Assembly: GCF_004376175.1 (NCBI RefSeq)
Contig: NZ_SNUY01000025.1
Location: forward strand, 16,233 to 48,232
Reading direction: 5' to 3'
From: Halalkalibacterium halodurans
Lineage (GTDB): Bacteria > Bacillota > Bacilli > Bacillales > Bacillaceae_D
DNA length: 32,000 nt
The number at the start of each line of letters is the position of its first letter. Within the stretch, counting starts at the first letter, position 1. The notes beneath the pieces were generated by a model. It was not told the origin of the DNA. It did not search any database and was given only the letters and a program-made list of their open reading frames with translations. Below are positions 9,391-19,488 of the stretch, in pieces. The position numbers were made by a program, and so were the translations under genes.

Positions 9391-11064
9391 TTATTCAACA
9401 GCAAACAAGTAAGCATACAGCGGTTGATCACCAATTTGTTCATCTACTTCAACTTCTGGATAAGATTGTTCAATAAATTGAATAAGTTCTTCCGTCTGTT
9501 CATTCGTCGCATCTGCACCTTGAATGACCGTGACAATTTCGCTGTCCTCATCTATCATTTGCTCAAGCAAACGTTTCGTTACATCAAGCATGTCTTCACC
9601 TGAGGTCACAATTTCTTTTTCAAGAATGCCCATAAAGTGACCTTTTTTAATTTCGAGCCCCTCGATGGACGTATCGCGAACAGCGTACGTCACTTGGCCA
9701 GATTTGACATGGGCCATCGTCTCCGCCATCACATTAGCATTTTTCTCTAAGCTTGACGACGGGTTAAACGAAAGAAGTGCTGCAAGACCTTGAGGAACGG
9801 TTTTTGATGGCACGACTTTAACGTTCACATCTGCCACATCTGCCGCTTGCTGTGCTGCTAAAATAATATTTCCGTTATTCGGAAGGACGAGCACGTTTTT
9901 CGCATGAACTTCCTCAATCGCTTTGACGATGTCTTCAGTACTTGGGTTCATCGTCTGTCCTCCTGGAATGACAACGCCTGCTCCTAAGCTTTGGAACAGC
10001 TTAGCAATTCCATCCCCCATTGACACGGTCACGATTCCTAGCTCGCTAAGAGGCTTTTTTTCTTGGTCTGGGAATGCCTGCTTTGATTCCTCAAGTAGAT
10101 GCGTGTGCTGCTCTCTCATATTCTCGATTTTCGTATGAATCAGGCTACCGTATCGCTGAGCACGAGTTAATACTTCACCAGGGAACTCGGCATGAATATG
10201 TACTTTTAACAAATCCTCGTCACTAACGACAAGCAATGAATCTCCCCACTCACTTAACTCGTCGCGAAACGCTGGCTCATCAAACGGGTAGGTGGACAAC
10301 TTATCCGATTCAAAACGAACCATAACTTCCGTACAGTAACCGAATTCAATATCTTCTGTTGCCAAATGGCTCTGCGCGTTTTGATGGTGCTCCACTTTAA
10401 TAAGGTTGTCCATTGATGGAACCACATGAATTCCTTCTTTCAATGGTTCCCCTTTTACAGCCGCTAAAAATCCTTCATAAATGTAGACAAGACCTTGTCC
10501 ACCTGAATCAACGACGCCTACTTCTTTTAAAACAGGGAGCAGATCAGGGGTTCGCTGCAACGATTGCTTTGCTTCTGTCACGATGATTTCTATCAAGGAC
10601 ACTAAATCATCGGTATGTTTAACCGCTTTTTTCGCCGCATTTGCACTATCCTTTGCAACAGTGAGAATCGTTCCTTCAACGGGCTTCATCACCGCTTTAT
10701 ACGCCGTTTCCACTCCTTGTGTTAACGCTTCAGCAAAATCAAGAGCGGTGAATGCTCTTCTTCCTTCTACGCTCTTTGAAAAACCACGGAAAAGCTGAGA
10801 TAAAATAACACCAGAATTTCCGCGTGCTCCCATGAGTAAACCTTTCGCAAAGGCAGCCGCTAATTCACCGGCATGATCTCCGTGAAACTTTTTCACTTCT
10901 TGTGCGCCTGAAGTGATGGTTAAATTCATATTCGTCCCTGTGTCGCCATCTGGCACAGGGAAAACATTTAATGCGTCAACAACCTTTGCATGTTGTGATA
11001 AATTATTGGCGCCTGCAATGAAAAGGTGTGCTAATGTTTTTCCATCCATCTCTTTTACTGCCAC
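9391..11064 (-). CDS. yloV: DAK2 domain protein YloV (FakA-like fatty acid kinase subunit)
   Basis: Full-length similarity to B. subtilis YloV (DALNVFPVPDGDTGTNM, GARGNSGVILSQLFRGF). GTG start at 11064 with GGAGGA 7 nt upstream. Confidence 0.9.
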   Translation of the reverse strand: MAVKEMDGKTLAHLFIAGANNLSQHAKVVDALNVFPVPDGDTGTNMNLTITSGAQEVKKFHGDHAGELAAAFAKGLLMGARGNSGVILSQLFRGFSKSVEGRRAFTALDFAEALTQGVETAYKAVMKPVEGTILTVAKDSANAAKKAVKHTDDLVSLIEIIVTEAKQSLQRTPDLLPVLKEVGVVDSGGQGLVYIYEGFLAAVKGEPLKEGIHVVPSMDNLIKVEHHQNAQSHLATEDIEFGYCTEVMVRFESDKLSTYPFDEPAFRDELSEWGDSLLVVSDEDLLKVHIHAEFPGEVLTRAQRYGSLIHTKIENMREQHTHLLEESKQAFPDQEKKPLSELGIVTVSMGDGIAKLFQSLGAGVVIPGGQTMNPSTEDIVKAIEEVHAKNVLVLPNNGNIILAAQQAADVADVNVKVVPSKTVPQGLAALLSFNPSSSLEKNANVMAETMAHVKSGQVTYAVRDTSIEGLEIKKGHFMGILEKEIVTSGEDMLDVTKRLLEQMIDEDSEIVTVIQGADATNEQTEELIQFIEQSYPEVEVDEQIGDQPLYAYLFAVE

Positions 11065-11085
11065 AAACGTTTCCTCCTAACACAC

Positions 11086-11448
11086 TTACGGGTTAGTCAC
11101 GCGAACCCCTTGAACAAAAATGTTCACCGAATCCACATCTATCCCTAACATGGTTTCAAGTTGATACTTGACTTTCGTCTGTACATTGTAGGCCACCTCA
11201 GAAATTTTTGTTCCGTAGCTGACAATGATGTACATATCGATATGTATTTCGTCCTCTTCTTCGCGAATGACGACCCCACGACGAAAATTTTCCCGCCCAA
11301 GTAATTCAGATAAGCCGTCTTTTATTTGCTTCTGTGATGCCATTCCAACGATTCCGTAACAATCGACGGCAGCGCCCCCAGCAATGGTAGCAACGACGTC
11401 TTTTGACACATCAACGGTTCCCAATTGGGTTTTCATTTCAATGGACAT
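11086..11448 (-). CDS. yloU: Asp23/Gls24 family alkaline shock protein YloU
   Basis: 120 aa, Asp23 family pattern. Conserved pairing with yloV. Confidence 0.9.
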   Translation of the reverse strand: MSIEMKTQLGTVDVSKDVVATIAGGAAVDCYGIVGMASQKQIKDGLSELLGRENFRRGVVIREEEDEIHIDMYIIVSYGTKISEVAYNVQTKVKYQLETMLGIDVDSVNIFVQGVRVTNP

Positions 11449-11634
11449 ACGTGCATCCTCCTTCTTTCCCTTAAGATCATGAACAGCTTAGCAACGCGAA
11501 AGCAAATGCGTTTTAACGTCATTTTACTATACTCTTATCGTTTTTGAAAGCGGGCAAACGAACGGTTCGCTTAAATCCATCCATTTCAGCACTACTGTCA
11601 AGGAAGAAACCTTGATAAAGTTACGTGGAAACTA

Positions 11635-11663
11635 TTGCTTTTCTGAAATGCCTGTGCTACTAT
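11635..11663 (+). promoter_or_regulatory. Sigma-A type promoter for rpmB
   Basis: TTGCTT (11635-11640), 17 nt, TACTAT (11658-11663). The leader contains a small hairpin GATGAT-AATG-ATCATC (11681-11696). Confidence 0.45.
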
Positions 11664-11721
11664 AGTCGAGTATGATTTTGGATGATAATGATCATCGTTT
11701 CGGTATAAGGAGGTGCACATC

Positions 11722-11910
11722 ATGGCACGTAAATGCTACATTACAGGACGTCAAGCAAAAAGTGGTAACAAACGTTCTCACGCAATGAACAAAACGAAGC
11801 GCCGCTGGGGAGCGAACGTGCAAAAGGTTCGTATTCTTGTGGACGGGAAACCTAAGCGTGTCTACGTTTCTGCACGCGCGTTAAAATCCGGTAAAGTTGA
11901 GCGCGTATAA
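11722..11910 (+). CDS. rpmB: 50S ribosomal protein L28
   Basis: [65 protein letters not shown] at 11722 with an AAGGAGGTG SD; the track start at 11713 is an upstream GTG. Confidence 0.95.
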   Translation: MARKCYITGRQAKSGNKRSHAMNKTKRRWGANVQKVRILVDGKPKRVYVSARALKSGKVERV

Positions 11911-11922
11911 TAAGTATGGCTA

Positions 11923-11959
11923 AAAACACCTCTTTCCCATGAGGTGTTTTTTGTTTTTT
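11923..11959 (+). terminator. Rho-independent terminator after rpmB
   Basis: 10-bp stem AAAACACCTC / GAGGTGTTTT (11923-11932 / 11941-11950), 8-nt loop, and a T-rich tail. Confidence 0.85.
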
Positions 11960-12031
11960 AAATCTGTTGAAGGCGTGGAGACGGAGGCGTAACAATGCCC
12001 CCGTCCTTCGTTCCTTAAGGCTCACCCGCAT

Positions 12032-12060
12032 GAGAAAAAGCACCGTACCGTGACGATGCT
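12032..12060 (-). terminator. Probable terminator after spoVM
   Basis: On the minus strand: AGCATCG / CGGTGCT, a 7-bp stem with one G-U pair, 8-nt loop, followed by TTTTTCTC. It starts 4 nt after the spoVM stop. Confidence 0.55.
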
Positions 12061-12063
12061 TCC

Positions 12064-12144
12064 TCACCCCTTTTTAAACGAATTTAACACAGCCCGTACG
12101 ACCCCGCCAAGGAATTTCGGCAACTTAATCGTATAAAATTTCAT
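12064..12144 (-). CDS. spoVM: Stage V sporulation protein M (26 aa)
   Basis: ATG at 12144 with GAGGAGGAGGA upstream. The translation MKFYTIKLPKFLGGVVRAVLNSFKKG matches about 21 of 26 positions of B. subtilis SpoVM (MKFYTIKLPKFLGGIVRAMLGSFRKD, from memory). It lies between rpe and rpmB as in B. subtilis. It falls below the ORF-track length cutoff. Confidence 0.9.
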   Translation of the reverse strand: MKFYTIKLPKFLGGVVRAVLNSFKKG

Positions 12145-12524
12145 AGTTCCTCCTCCTCACATGAATGCGCGTAGGCAAGGGGTTGTGCCCCCTCTTTTTT
12201 AAGATCGAAAGGTTATGGTTACTTGAAAACAACAGAAAATAAATCCTTCTCTTTTACTACTATATCCAAACCCCTCGATCTATTCCTTTTTTTTTCACCG
12301 TCCTTGCTCTTGTCTTCCTGTCTCTATCATATGCACCAATGCTTTGTTTATGTTCCTTTACTGAAAGAAATCCAATCTAGTGAACGAAAGAGGATGAACA
12401 TTTCGCTTCGAACGGTTGTGTTGACCCTAAGTGATTGCGAGCTTTTAAAACGCAACAGTGCCGTTTGTCCTTAGAGCTAACTCTCGTACGAACTTTACTA
12501 ACAAAATTTTATAATATCTTAATA

Positions 12525-12554
12525 TGCAAAAACGACAGCTTGTTTAGCTGCCGT
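12525..12554 (-). terminator. Probable terminator after rpe
   Basis: On the minus strand: ACGGCAGCT / AGCTGTCGT, a 9-bp stem with one G-U pair that forms only on this strand, 5-nt loop, then TTTTG. It starts 5 nt after the rpe stop. Confidence 0.55.
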
Positions 12555-12559
12555 TCTCC

Positions 12560-13210
12560 TCAAATACTACCTCTAATTCGCTTAATCGCTGCTGCCCGAT
12601 CTTCCTCATTAAAAACAGCCGAACCTGCCACTAACACATTCGCCCCCGCCTCCACGCACTGTTTCGCCGTTTCTTCGTTTACACCACCGTCTACTTCAAT
12701 CTCAAAGGTTAGCCCCTGCTCTTTTTTTAGAGAAGCTAATTCTTTTAATTTTGGTAGGACAGAAGGGATGAACCGTTGCCCGCCAAATCCAGGATTGACC
12801 GTCATGAACAACACCATATCCACATCTGATAGCACATGCTGAATCGAGGAGACAGGTGTCGCTGGATTTAAGACAACACCCGCTTTTACGCCGCTTTCCT
12901 TAATGAGATGAAGCGTTCGATGCAAATGGGGACAAGCCTCCACGTGAACCGTGATGATATCTGCCCCTGCTTTCGCGAAGGCAGGAATGTATCCGTCAGG
13001 CTGCTCAATCATTAGATGGACATCCAGAGGTAGGGTCGTTACTGGTCGAATCGCATCGACTATTAATGGACCGATCGTAATATTCGGAACGAAATGACCG
13101 TCCATTACGTCTACATGAATGTAATCCGCCCCTCCTCGCTCCACATCTTGAATCTCATTTCCTAAGTTGGCGAAGTCTGCTGATAAAATCGATGGAGCTA
13201 TTTTAATCAT
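12560..13210 (-). CDS. rpe: Ribulose-phosphate 3-epimerase
   Basis: [13 protein letters not shown]...[14 protein letters not shown]...[10 protein letters not shown], the canonical Rpe pattern. Confidence 0.95.
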   Translation of the reverse strand: MIKIAPSILSADFANLGNEIQDVERGGADYIHVDVMDGHFVPNITIGPLIVDAIRPVTTLPLDVHLMIEQPDGYIPAFAKAGADIITVHVEACPHLHRTLHLIKESGVKAGVVLNPATPVSSIQHVLSDVDMVLFMTVNPGFGGQRFIPSVLPKLKELASLKKEQGLTFEIEVDGGVNEETAKQCVEAGANVLVAGSAVFNEEDRAAAIKRIRGSI

Positions 13211-13215
13211 CGTGG

Positions 13216-14100
13216 TTAGAACCTCCGTTTATGTTCGGTTTTTACTTCTTCTAAAAATGTCACATAATGCTCGTAGCGAAATTCGCGTATTTCACCTTGA
13301 GCTAACGCTTCTTTTACCGCACATTTCGGTTCTTGCGTATGGGTGCAGCCGCGAAATTTACATGACGGGAGGCGGTCTCTCATTTCAGGAAAATAGTGGG
13401 ACAGCTCTTCCGGTTCCATATCAATAAAATCAAGGGAGCTAAACCCTGGTGTATCTGCTACGAGACCCGACCCGAATGGAATAAGCTCCACATGGCGCGT
13501 CGTATGCTTTCCTCTTCCTAGGTGGGAAGAGATTTGATTCGTTTCAATATCCAAAGCTGGGTTTATGGCGTTTAGAAGCGAGGACTTCCCTACACCTGAT
13601 TGTCCTGCAATGACGGACACATGATCGTCAAACGCTTTTCGGATAGCGTCTAGCCCGAGTTGTTCAATCGTGGACGTCAAATACACTTTATACCCAAGCT
13701 GTTCATAATCATTTCGATACTGCTTGATCGTCTCTAATTCTTCTTCGGTCAACAGATCGATCTTGCTTATCACGATCAACGGTTCAATTCCGTTCGCTTC
13801 CACATGGACAAGAAAACGGTCTAACAGCAAGGGCGAGAATGTCGGTTCTGCTGCAGAAAAGACGAGTATGGCTCGGTCGACATTGGCAATGGGGGGTCTG
13901 ATCAATTCATTTTTTCGTTCCATTATCTCTAGAACGTAGCCATCCGTTTTGTTTTCTGCTTCGAATACTACCTCATCCCCCACTAACGGCTTAATGTTTC
14001 GATTACGAAAGTTTCCACGCCCTCGACATTGAAACAGACCATCTTCATTTTGGACGTAATAAAACCCGCTTAATGCTTTAACAATCGTTCCTTTAGGCAT
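13216..14100 (-). CDS. rsgA: Ribosome small subunit biogenesis GTPase RsgA (CpgA)
   Basis: Circularly permuted GTPase motifs ([15 protein letters not shown]) and a C-terminal Zn-finger region ([14 protein letters not shown]). Start trimmed to the ATG at 14100 with an AAGGAGG SD. Confidence 0.9.
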   Translation of the reverse strand: MPKGTIVKALSGFYYVQNEDGLFQCRGRGNFRNRNIKPLVGDEVVFEAENKTDGYVLEIMERKNELIRPPIANVDRAILVFSAAEPTFSPLLLDRFLVHVEANGIEPLIVISKIDLLTEEELETIKQYRNDYEQLGYKVYLTSTIEQLGLDAIRKAFDDHVSVIAGQSGVGKSSLLNAINPALDIETNQISSHLGRGKHTTRHVELIPFGSGLVADTPGFSSLDFIDMEPEELSHYFPEMRDRLPSCKFRGCTHTQEPKCAVKEALAQGEIREFRYEHYVTFLEEVKTEHKRRF

Positions 14101-14134
14101 GCAAGCCTCCTTGTCTCTCGTTTTTACCATTCTT

Positions 14135-14163
14135 ATTGTAGCGAAAAAAGAGCTGAATGTGAA
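14135..14163 (-). promoter_or_regulatory. Candidate sigma-A promoter for rsgA-rpe
   Basis: On the minus strand: TTCACA (14163-14158), 17 nt, TACAAT (14140-14135), about 35 nt upstream of the rsgA start. Confidence 0.45.
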
Positions 14164-14204
14164 TGTCTAATCCCTGCATGCACTTAGACGGTTTTCACAG
14201 TAGC

Positions 14205-14238
14205 AAGAAAAAAGAGCTTAACCGATCGGCTAAGCTCT
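14205..14238 (-). terminator. Rho-independent terminator after prkC
   Basis: 8-bp stem AGAGCTTA / TAAGCTCT (14213-14220 / 14231-14238) around the palindromic CCGATCGG, followed on the minus strand by TTTTTTC. It starts 9 nt after the prkC stop. Confidence 0.65.
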
Positions 14239-14246
14239 AGTATCAA

Positions 14247-16241
14247 TCAATAGGTATACTCTCTCGATGATTTGACGAATTCACCGTTAATGTAAAGGTC
14301 AAACGACCCAGGTTGATCCGCGCTCGCTTCTAATGGAATTTGATATGTTTTCGTTTCACTGATTGTCTCATCTATAAACACTCGATCTTGCCCACCTGTC
14401 GTTGCGTCACGGTAGACGATACGAACTTGCACTTCTTGTGATGCCTCAATCGGTTGGTTTACCAGATGAGAGCGGGTTTGCGGCTGCTGCGGTTGCTGCG
14501 GCTGTTCTTGCTGACCGCCTCCCTGATCCGTTTGTGGTTCAGGTCCCCGTGAAACCACAATGGTAACGTCATCCCCCTTACTTACCGTCGCCCCGCTCGC
14601 TGGCGAATGAGAGATGACCCGCCCCTCGGCGACAGAACTGGAATAGTCATAGGAAAAACGTGTGCGAAGACCGTTTTCCTGTAAATACCCATGAGCCTCA
14701 TTCTCGGTCATTCCTTGCATATTTTCCAAGACAATGTCGCTCGTTGCACTATAGATCAGGGTAACGGTTGTTTCTTCAGGGACAACCGACTCACCAGCTT
14801 CTGGCGTTTGCTCAATGACGATGCCTGGTGAAACATCATTCGTTTCCCGCTCTTCTAACCGGACATCGGCAAAATCATTTAATAAACGCTGAGCTTCTTC
14901 AATCGTTCTGCCTGTGACATCAATCATCTGCCCTTCCTCAGGGCCCGTGCTTACGAATAATCGAACGGTCGATCCTTGTTTGACGACAGAGCCTGGTCGT
15001 GGATGTTGACTGACGACTTCTTCTGCAGGAGCATCGTCCTCCACATCTTCTCGCTCCACTTCCAAACCTAGGCTTCTCAGTTCTGCTTCAGCCTCTTCAA
15101 ACGAACTCTCTCGAACATCCGGAACGTCCACATCATCTACTTGGAACCAGCTCGGCATTAAGGCAAGTGCTGTAACACCCGTCCCAATTAGCAGGAAGAG
15201 AACGATCAAGACCGCCCACAACCATTTCCGTCTTTTCTTTTTCGGCTTCTTTACTTCCTCTTCTGCTGCAGGTGCCTTCGGTTCCTCGACCTTTTTGATC
15301 GGAGGAGCTTCCATTGTCTTTTCGAAATCCTCTTGCTCTAACTGCTCGTCTTTTATAATGGGGATCGCCTTTGTTGCTTCCTCGTCATCCTCTTTCTGAT
15401 CATAAGGACGCTCATTCACTCTAGCAGGATCGAGGGCAGTTGATAAATCCTCGTCCATCTCCGAGACAGTTCCGTACCGGTAAAACGGATCTTTCGCTGT
15501 CGCTTTTACAATCACGTTTTCAATGCTTTGCGGCAAAGATGGCTGAATTTCTTTCGGCGACGGAATGTCATTTTGCAAATGCTTTAAGGCAATCGAGACG
15601 GCTGTGTCACCTGAAAACGGCAGTTGACCCGTTACCATTTCAAACAGCACAATTCCGAGTGAGTAAATATCGGACTTAAATGTAACAAGGCCGCCTCGTG
15701 CTTGTTCTGGTGATAAGTAATGGACGGAACCCATCACCGAGTTTGTATGGGTAATCGTCGCAGATGACATGGCGCGGGCAATGCCAAAGTCAGTCACCTT
15801 TACGACACCATCCTCACCAATTAAAATGTTATGAGGTTTAATGTCACGGTGGACAATTTGATTCATGTGGGCGTGAGAGATTGCCGCCATCATTTGACTC
15901 ATAATATCAATCGTTTCGTCAACAGGTAACGGCCCTCGCTGTTGGATCAGCTCCTTAAGAGTAGGGCCCTCCACGTACTCCATGACGATGTAGTATAGGT
16001 TCTCTTCTTCCCCTACATCATAAATACTGACGACATTTTGATGGGCTAAGCTGGTTGCTGCTTGGGCTTCGCGGCGAAACCGCTTAATGAACTGTTCATC
16101 TTTCGAAAATTGAGCCTGCAAGACTTTCACAGCGACTTGGCGGTCCAAAATGACGTCCATTGCTTTGTATACATCGGCCATCCCGCCGCCACCAATTGTT
16201 TCTAGAATTTCATAGCGACCACTAATTCGCTTCCCTATCAT
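14247..16241 (-). CDS. prkC: Ser/Thr protein kinase PrkC with PASTA domains
   Basis: Hanks kinase domain (GGGGMADVYKA, HRDIKPHNIL, DFGIA), a TM segment (WLWAVLIVLFLLIGTGV), then three PASTA-like repeats and a C-terminal domain. The ATG at 16241 (MIGKRISGRY) aligns with the B. subtilis PrkC start. An alternative GTG at 16250 overlaps the prpC stop. Confidence 0.92.
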   Translation of the reverse strand: MIGKRISGRYEILETIGGGGMADVYKAMDVILDRQVAVKVLQAQFSKDEQFIKRFRREAQAATSLAHQNVVSIYDVGEEENLYYIVMEYVEGPTLKELIQQRGPLPVDETIDIMSQMMAAISHAHMNQIVHRDIKPHNILIGEDGVVKVTDFGIARAMSSATITHTNSVMGSVHYLSPEQARGGLVTFKSDIYSLGIVLFEMVTGQLPFSGDTAVSIALKHLQNDIPSPKEIQPSLPQSIENVIVKATAKDPFYRYGTVSEMDEDLSTALDPARVNERPYDQKEDDEEATKAIPIIKDEQLEQEDFEKTMEAPPIKKVEEPKAPAAEEEVKKPKKKRRKWLWAVLIVLFLLIGTGVTALALMPSWFQVDDVDVPDVRESSFEEAEAELRSLGLEVEREDVEDDAPAEEVVSQHPRPGSVVKQGSTVRLFVSTGPEEGQMIDVTGRTIEEAQRLLNDFADVRLEERETNDVSPGIVIEQTPEAGESVVPEETTVTLIYSATSDIVLENMQGMTENEAHGYLQENGLRTRFSYDYSSSVAEGRVISHSPASGATVSKGDDVTIVVSRGPEPQTDQGGGQQEQPQQPQQPQTRSHLVNQPIEASQEVQVRIVYRDATTGGQDRVFIDETISETKTYQIPLEASADQPGSFDLYINGEFVKSSREYTY

Positions 16242-16246
16242 ATCGA

Positions 16247-16996
16247 TCACCTGTCTTCAGACGAGGAACCTGTATTTTTAATTAACGCCACTGTGATATT
16301 GTCTTCGCCCCCGCGATCGTTCGCTAATTGTACCATCTCTCTCGCCGTTTCATTAACTTCTTTCGTACCAGACATGTACCGAGCAAAATCTTCATTTGAT
16401 AGCTTATTTGATAGACCATCTGAACATAATAGGAGAACATCATCTGGCTCCCATGAGAAGGTAGTCAGATCGAGCTTGATATCCAATTCGGTCCCAAGCG
16501 CTCTGAGCAATACATTTTTGCGCGGATGATGCTCAGCTTCTTCGTCTGAAATTTGCCCCGTACGAACGAGCTCATTGACAAGGGAGTGGTCCCTTGTCTT
16601 TTGGGAAAATCCGTGCTCATTCAATAAATACGCACGACTGTCCCCAATATGCGCAATTGTCACTCGTTCCTTATCGACAATTGCCGCAACTAATGTAGTG
16701 CCCATTCCTTGACATTCTTCATGCTTTTGCGCGTAATGATAAAGGCTCTCATTCACATGAAGCACTTGATTCCGGAGCCACCCTTCGCTTTCTTGACTAG
16801 AAGGGGAAAGGCTCGCTTCCTCCCACGCTTCTTTCAGCAGCTCAGTTGCCATCTTGCTCGCTACATCGCCCGCTTGATGACCTCCCATCCCGTCAGCAAC
16901 CACGACGAGCAGTTGCCCGTTCTTTTCCATAATTGTCCCGTTATCCTCATTATGAGGACGAACCTTCCCAACATCGGTTAAAAATGAAAAGTTCAT
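16247..16996 (-). CDS. prpC: PP2C-family Ser/Thr phosphatase PrpC
   Basis: VADGMGGH, GMGTT, DHSLVNELVRTGQIS and GGEDNIT motifs. Start trimmed to the ATG at 16996 (MNFSFLTDVGKVR) with a GAGGTGA SD. Confidence 0.92.
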   Translation of the reverse strand: MNFSFLTDVGKVRPHNEDNGTIMEKNGQLLVVVADGMGGHQAGDVASKMATELLKEAWEEASLSPSSQESEGWLRNQVLHVNESLYHYAQKHEECQGMGTTLVAAIVDKERVTIAHIGDSRAYLLNEHGFSQKTRDHSLVNELVRTGQISDEEAEHHPRKNVLLRALGTELDIKLDLTTFSWEPDDVLLLCSDGLSNKLSNEDFARYMSGTKEVNETAREMVQLANDRGGEDNITVALIKNTGSSSEDR

Positions 16997-17004
16997 GTTC
17001 CCGG

Positions 17005-18093
17005 TCACCTCGTTTCTTCTTTCCTCTCCTTCGCCCTCAGCTGCCCACAAGCCGCATCAATATCATGACCTTGCTCGCGGCGAATTGTCACATTGACACC
17101 CCGCTCTTTTAACGTACGTTCAAACGCAAAAATTTGATCACGGGGCGTGCGAACATAATCTCGCTCCGGAACATAATTTACCGGGATTAAGTTCACATGG
17201 CATTTAATGTCTTTAATTAGATCGGCAAGTTCTTCAGCATGCTCAACCTGATCGTTTTCCCCTCCGAAAAGACCATACTCAAACGTAACACGTCGACCAG
17301 TCTTGTCAATGTAATAACGGATCGCGTCCATCAGCTTCGGAAGAGGCCAGGCCCGGTTTACCGGCATCAGCTTACTTCGTAACACCGTGTTTGGTGCATG
17401 TAAAGAAATAGCGAAATTGATTTGCAGCCCTTCATCGGCGAATTGATATATTTTTGGCACAACACCACTAGTCGAAACGGTAATATGGCGTGCACCAATG
17501 TTGAGCCCTTTATCATGATTGACGGTTTTTAAAAATGGCATCAACGCTTGATAATTGTCAAACGGCTCGCCAATCCCCATGACGACAATCGAGCCAACTC
17601 GCTCGCCCTGTTCGTCCATGGCACACTGTGCTTCTACGACTTGAGCGACGATTTCTCCTGCTTCCAAGTTTCGCTTCAAGCCTCCTAAAGTAGAAGCGCA
17701 AAACGTACAGCCGAGACGGCAGCCGACTTGGGTTGTGACACAAACACTGTTCCCATAGTTATGGCGCATGACGACTGTTTCAATGGAATAGCCGTCGTGT
17801 AACTCAAATAAAAATTTGATCGTGCCGTCGGAGGATTGTTGCTTTGTCACCGTTTTTAATGTCGTTAAGTTAAAATGTTTCTCTAGCTTCGCGCGCAAAT
17901 CCTTCGATAGGTTCGTCATTTCTTGAAACTGCTTCACTCTTTTTTCATAGAGCCATTCAAAGATTTGGGTTGCGCGAAATTTCGGTTCACCTTGCTCTTT
18001 TAGCCACATCTCTAATTCTTCAAACTGTAGCGTGTAGATGGATGGAAGGTCTCCCCCTTGTTTTGGATCGACTTCCACTTTTAGTTGTTCCAC
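17005..18093 (-). CDS. rlmN: 23S rRNA/tRNA A2503 methyltransferase RlmN (radical SAM)
   Basis: [11 protein letters not shown] radical-SAM cluster motif and full-length RlmN similarity. GTG start at 18093 with a weak AAGGA SD, so the start is somewhat uncertain. Confidence 0.9.
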   Translation of the reverse strand: MEQLKVEVDPKQGGDLPSIYTLQFEELEMWLKEQGEPKFRATQIFEWLYEKRVKQFQEMTNLSKDLRAKLEKHFNLTTLKTVTKQQSSDGTIKFLFELHDGYSIETVVMRHNYGNSVCVTTQVGCRLGCTFCASTLGGLKRNLEAGEIVAQVVEAQCAMDEQGERVGSIVVMGIGEPFDNYQALMPFLKTVNHDKGLNIGARHITVSTSGVVPKIYQFADEGLQINFAISLHAPNTVLRSKLMPVNRAWPLPKLMDAIRYYIDKTGRRVTFEYGLFGGENDQVEHAEELADLIKDIKCHVNLIPVNYVPERDYVRTPRDQIFAFERTLKERGVNVTIRREQGHDIDAACGQLRAKERKEETR

Positions 18094-18135
18094 CGTTTCA
18101 CGTCCTTTCTTTATAGTACCATGCCCATTGTGATG

Positions 18136-19488
18136 TCACGTTCCTTTTTTCAAGCAAGTGATAAAGAAGCCATCGGTTCCAAAATGATGGGGAAGAATGG
18201 TCACCATCCCTCCACGAATGTTGCACGTCGCTTGTACAGCAGCTGGCAAACGGTCAAGAACCGTATCATCGATGGAAAACTCACCGTGCGCCTCCATAAA
18301 TTCAGCGATAACCTGCTCGTTTTCTAGTTGGTCGATCGTGCATGTACTGTAGATGAGTAACCCGCCTGGTTTAACAAGGTTGGCGACAGATGAAAGGATA
18401 TCCAGTTGCACATTGCGGATCGCTTTCATGTCTGCTTCCCTTTTCGTCCATTTAATATCAGGCTTCCGCCGGATGACGCCGAGCCCGCTGCATGGGGCAT
18501 CGACGAGAATTCGGTCAAACGGCTCGTCCGCAAACACCTCACGCGCCTTTCGTGCATCTAACGTCTGGGCTTTTATATTGTCAAGGCCAAGGCGCTTCGC
18601 CTGCTCTTCGATCAACTTCACTTTATGACGGTGCATGTCTAAGGAAACAATCGTCCCTTCACCGTCCATACGCTCTGCCATATGAGTCGATTTCCCGCCA
18701 GGCGCTGCACAAGCGTCCAAAATTCGCTCTCCTGGACGAGGGGCTACAGCTCTTGCAACAAGCATAGAGCTTTCATCTTGAATCGTGAGCTCCCCATCTT
18801 GAAACAGGCGAGTCGACGTAATCGTTCCTTTGTCAACGACAATGGCGTCGTCGGAAAGAACCCCGTTCTTCGCTTGTACTCCTTCATGTTCTAACCGTTC
18901 CAACGCTTCCTCGACCGTCCGTTTTCTAACATTAACCCGAGCGGTGACTTTCGGGGGCAGTAGCATTTCTTCACAAATAGAGACCGTCTCTTCCTCCCCG
19001 TATTGATCGATCCATCGTTTTACAAGCCACTCAGGATAGCTATATTCAACAGCTAAACGCTTCACCTTATCCTCGATTGCCGCAAACGGCGGCATCCCTT
19101 GGCGCTGCATGGAACGAAGCACCCCGTTTACTAGACCGCTTATTCCTTTATGGCCCCGCTTTTTCGCGATGTTCACCGCTTCGTGAATAATCGCATGGGG
19201 AGGGACCTTGTCCAAATAAACGAGCTGATAGACAGAAAGTCGGAGGAGGATCCGCACCCAATCCTCCAGCTTCCTTTTTCCTTTTGCGACGAACGAGGCG
19301 ATATAGTAATCGAGTGTTTTTTGCCGTTGAACCGTCCCGTAGACGAGCTCGGTTAATAACCCGATATCACGAGGCTCCAAGTTCGCTTGTTTTATTTTTT
19401 GGTTAAGCAATAGATTGCTGTACGCTTGACTTTTTTCAATTTGCACTAAGGTTTCAAGCGCCACTTCCCGTACTGACTTAGCTGCCAT
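18136..19488 (-). CDS. rsmB: 16S rRNA m5C967 methyltransferase RsmB
   Basis: NusB-like N-terminal domain plus a SAM MTase ([24 protein letters not shown]). Its start overlaps the fmt 3' end by 11 nt, with an AGGAGGA SD. Confidence 0.92.
   Translation of the reverse strand: MAAKSVREVALETLVQIEKSQAYSNLLLNQKIKQANLEPRDIGLLTELVYGTVQRQKTLDYYIASFVAKGKRKLEDWVRILLRLSVYQLVYLDKVPPHAIIHEAVNIAKKRGHKGISGLVNGVLRSMQRQGMPPFAAIEDKVKRLAVEYSYPEWLVKRWIDQYGEEETVSICEEMLLPPKVTARVNVRKRTVEEALERLEHEGVQAKNGVLSDDAIVVDKGTITSTRLFQDGELTIQDESSMLVARAVAPRPGERILDACAAPGGKSTHMAERMDGEGTIVSLDMHRHKVKLIEEQAKRLGLDNIKAQTLDARKAREVFADEPFDRILVDAPCSGLGVIRRKPDIKWTKREADMKAIRNVQLDILSSVANLVKPGGLLIYSTCTIDQLENEQVIAEFMEAHGEFSIDDTVLDRLPAAVQATCNIRGGMVTILPHHFGTDGFFITCLKKGT

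Noticed and set aside
12435-12842. 135-aa plus-strand ORF, with similar long antisense ORFs at 20747..21139, 23271..23630, 4375..4716 and 2514..2849.
   Set aside because: Each lies entirely antisense to a well-supported conserved gene (rpe, priA, coaBC, plsX, fabG). They have low-complexity S/T/R/P-rich translations, no SD and no recognisable family. These are typical shadow ORFs.
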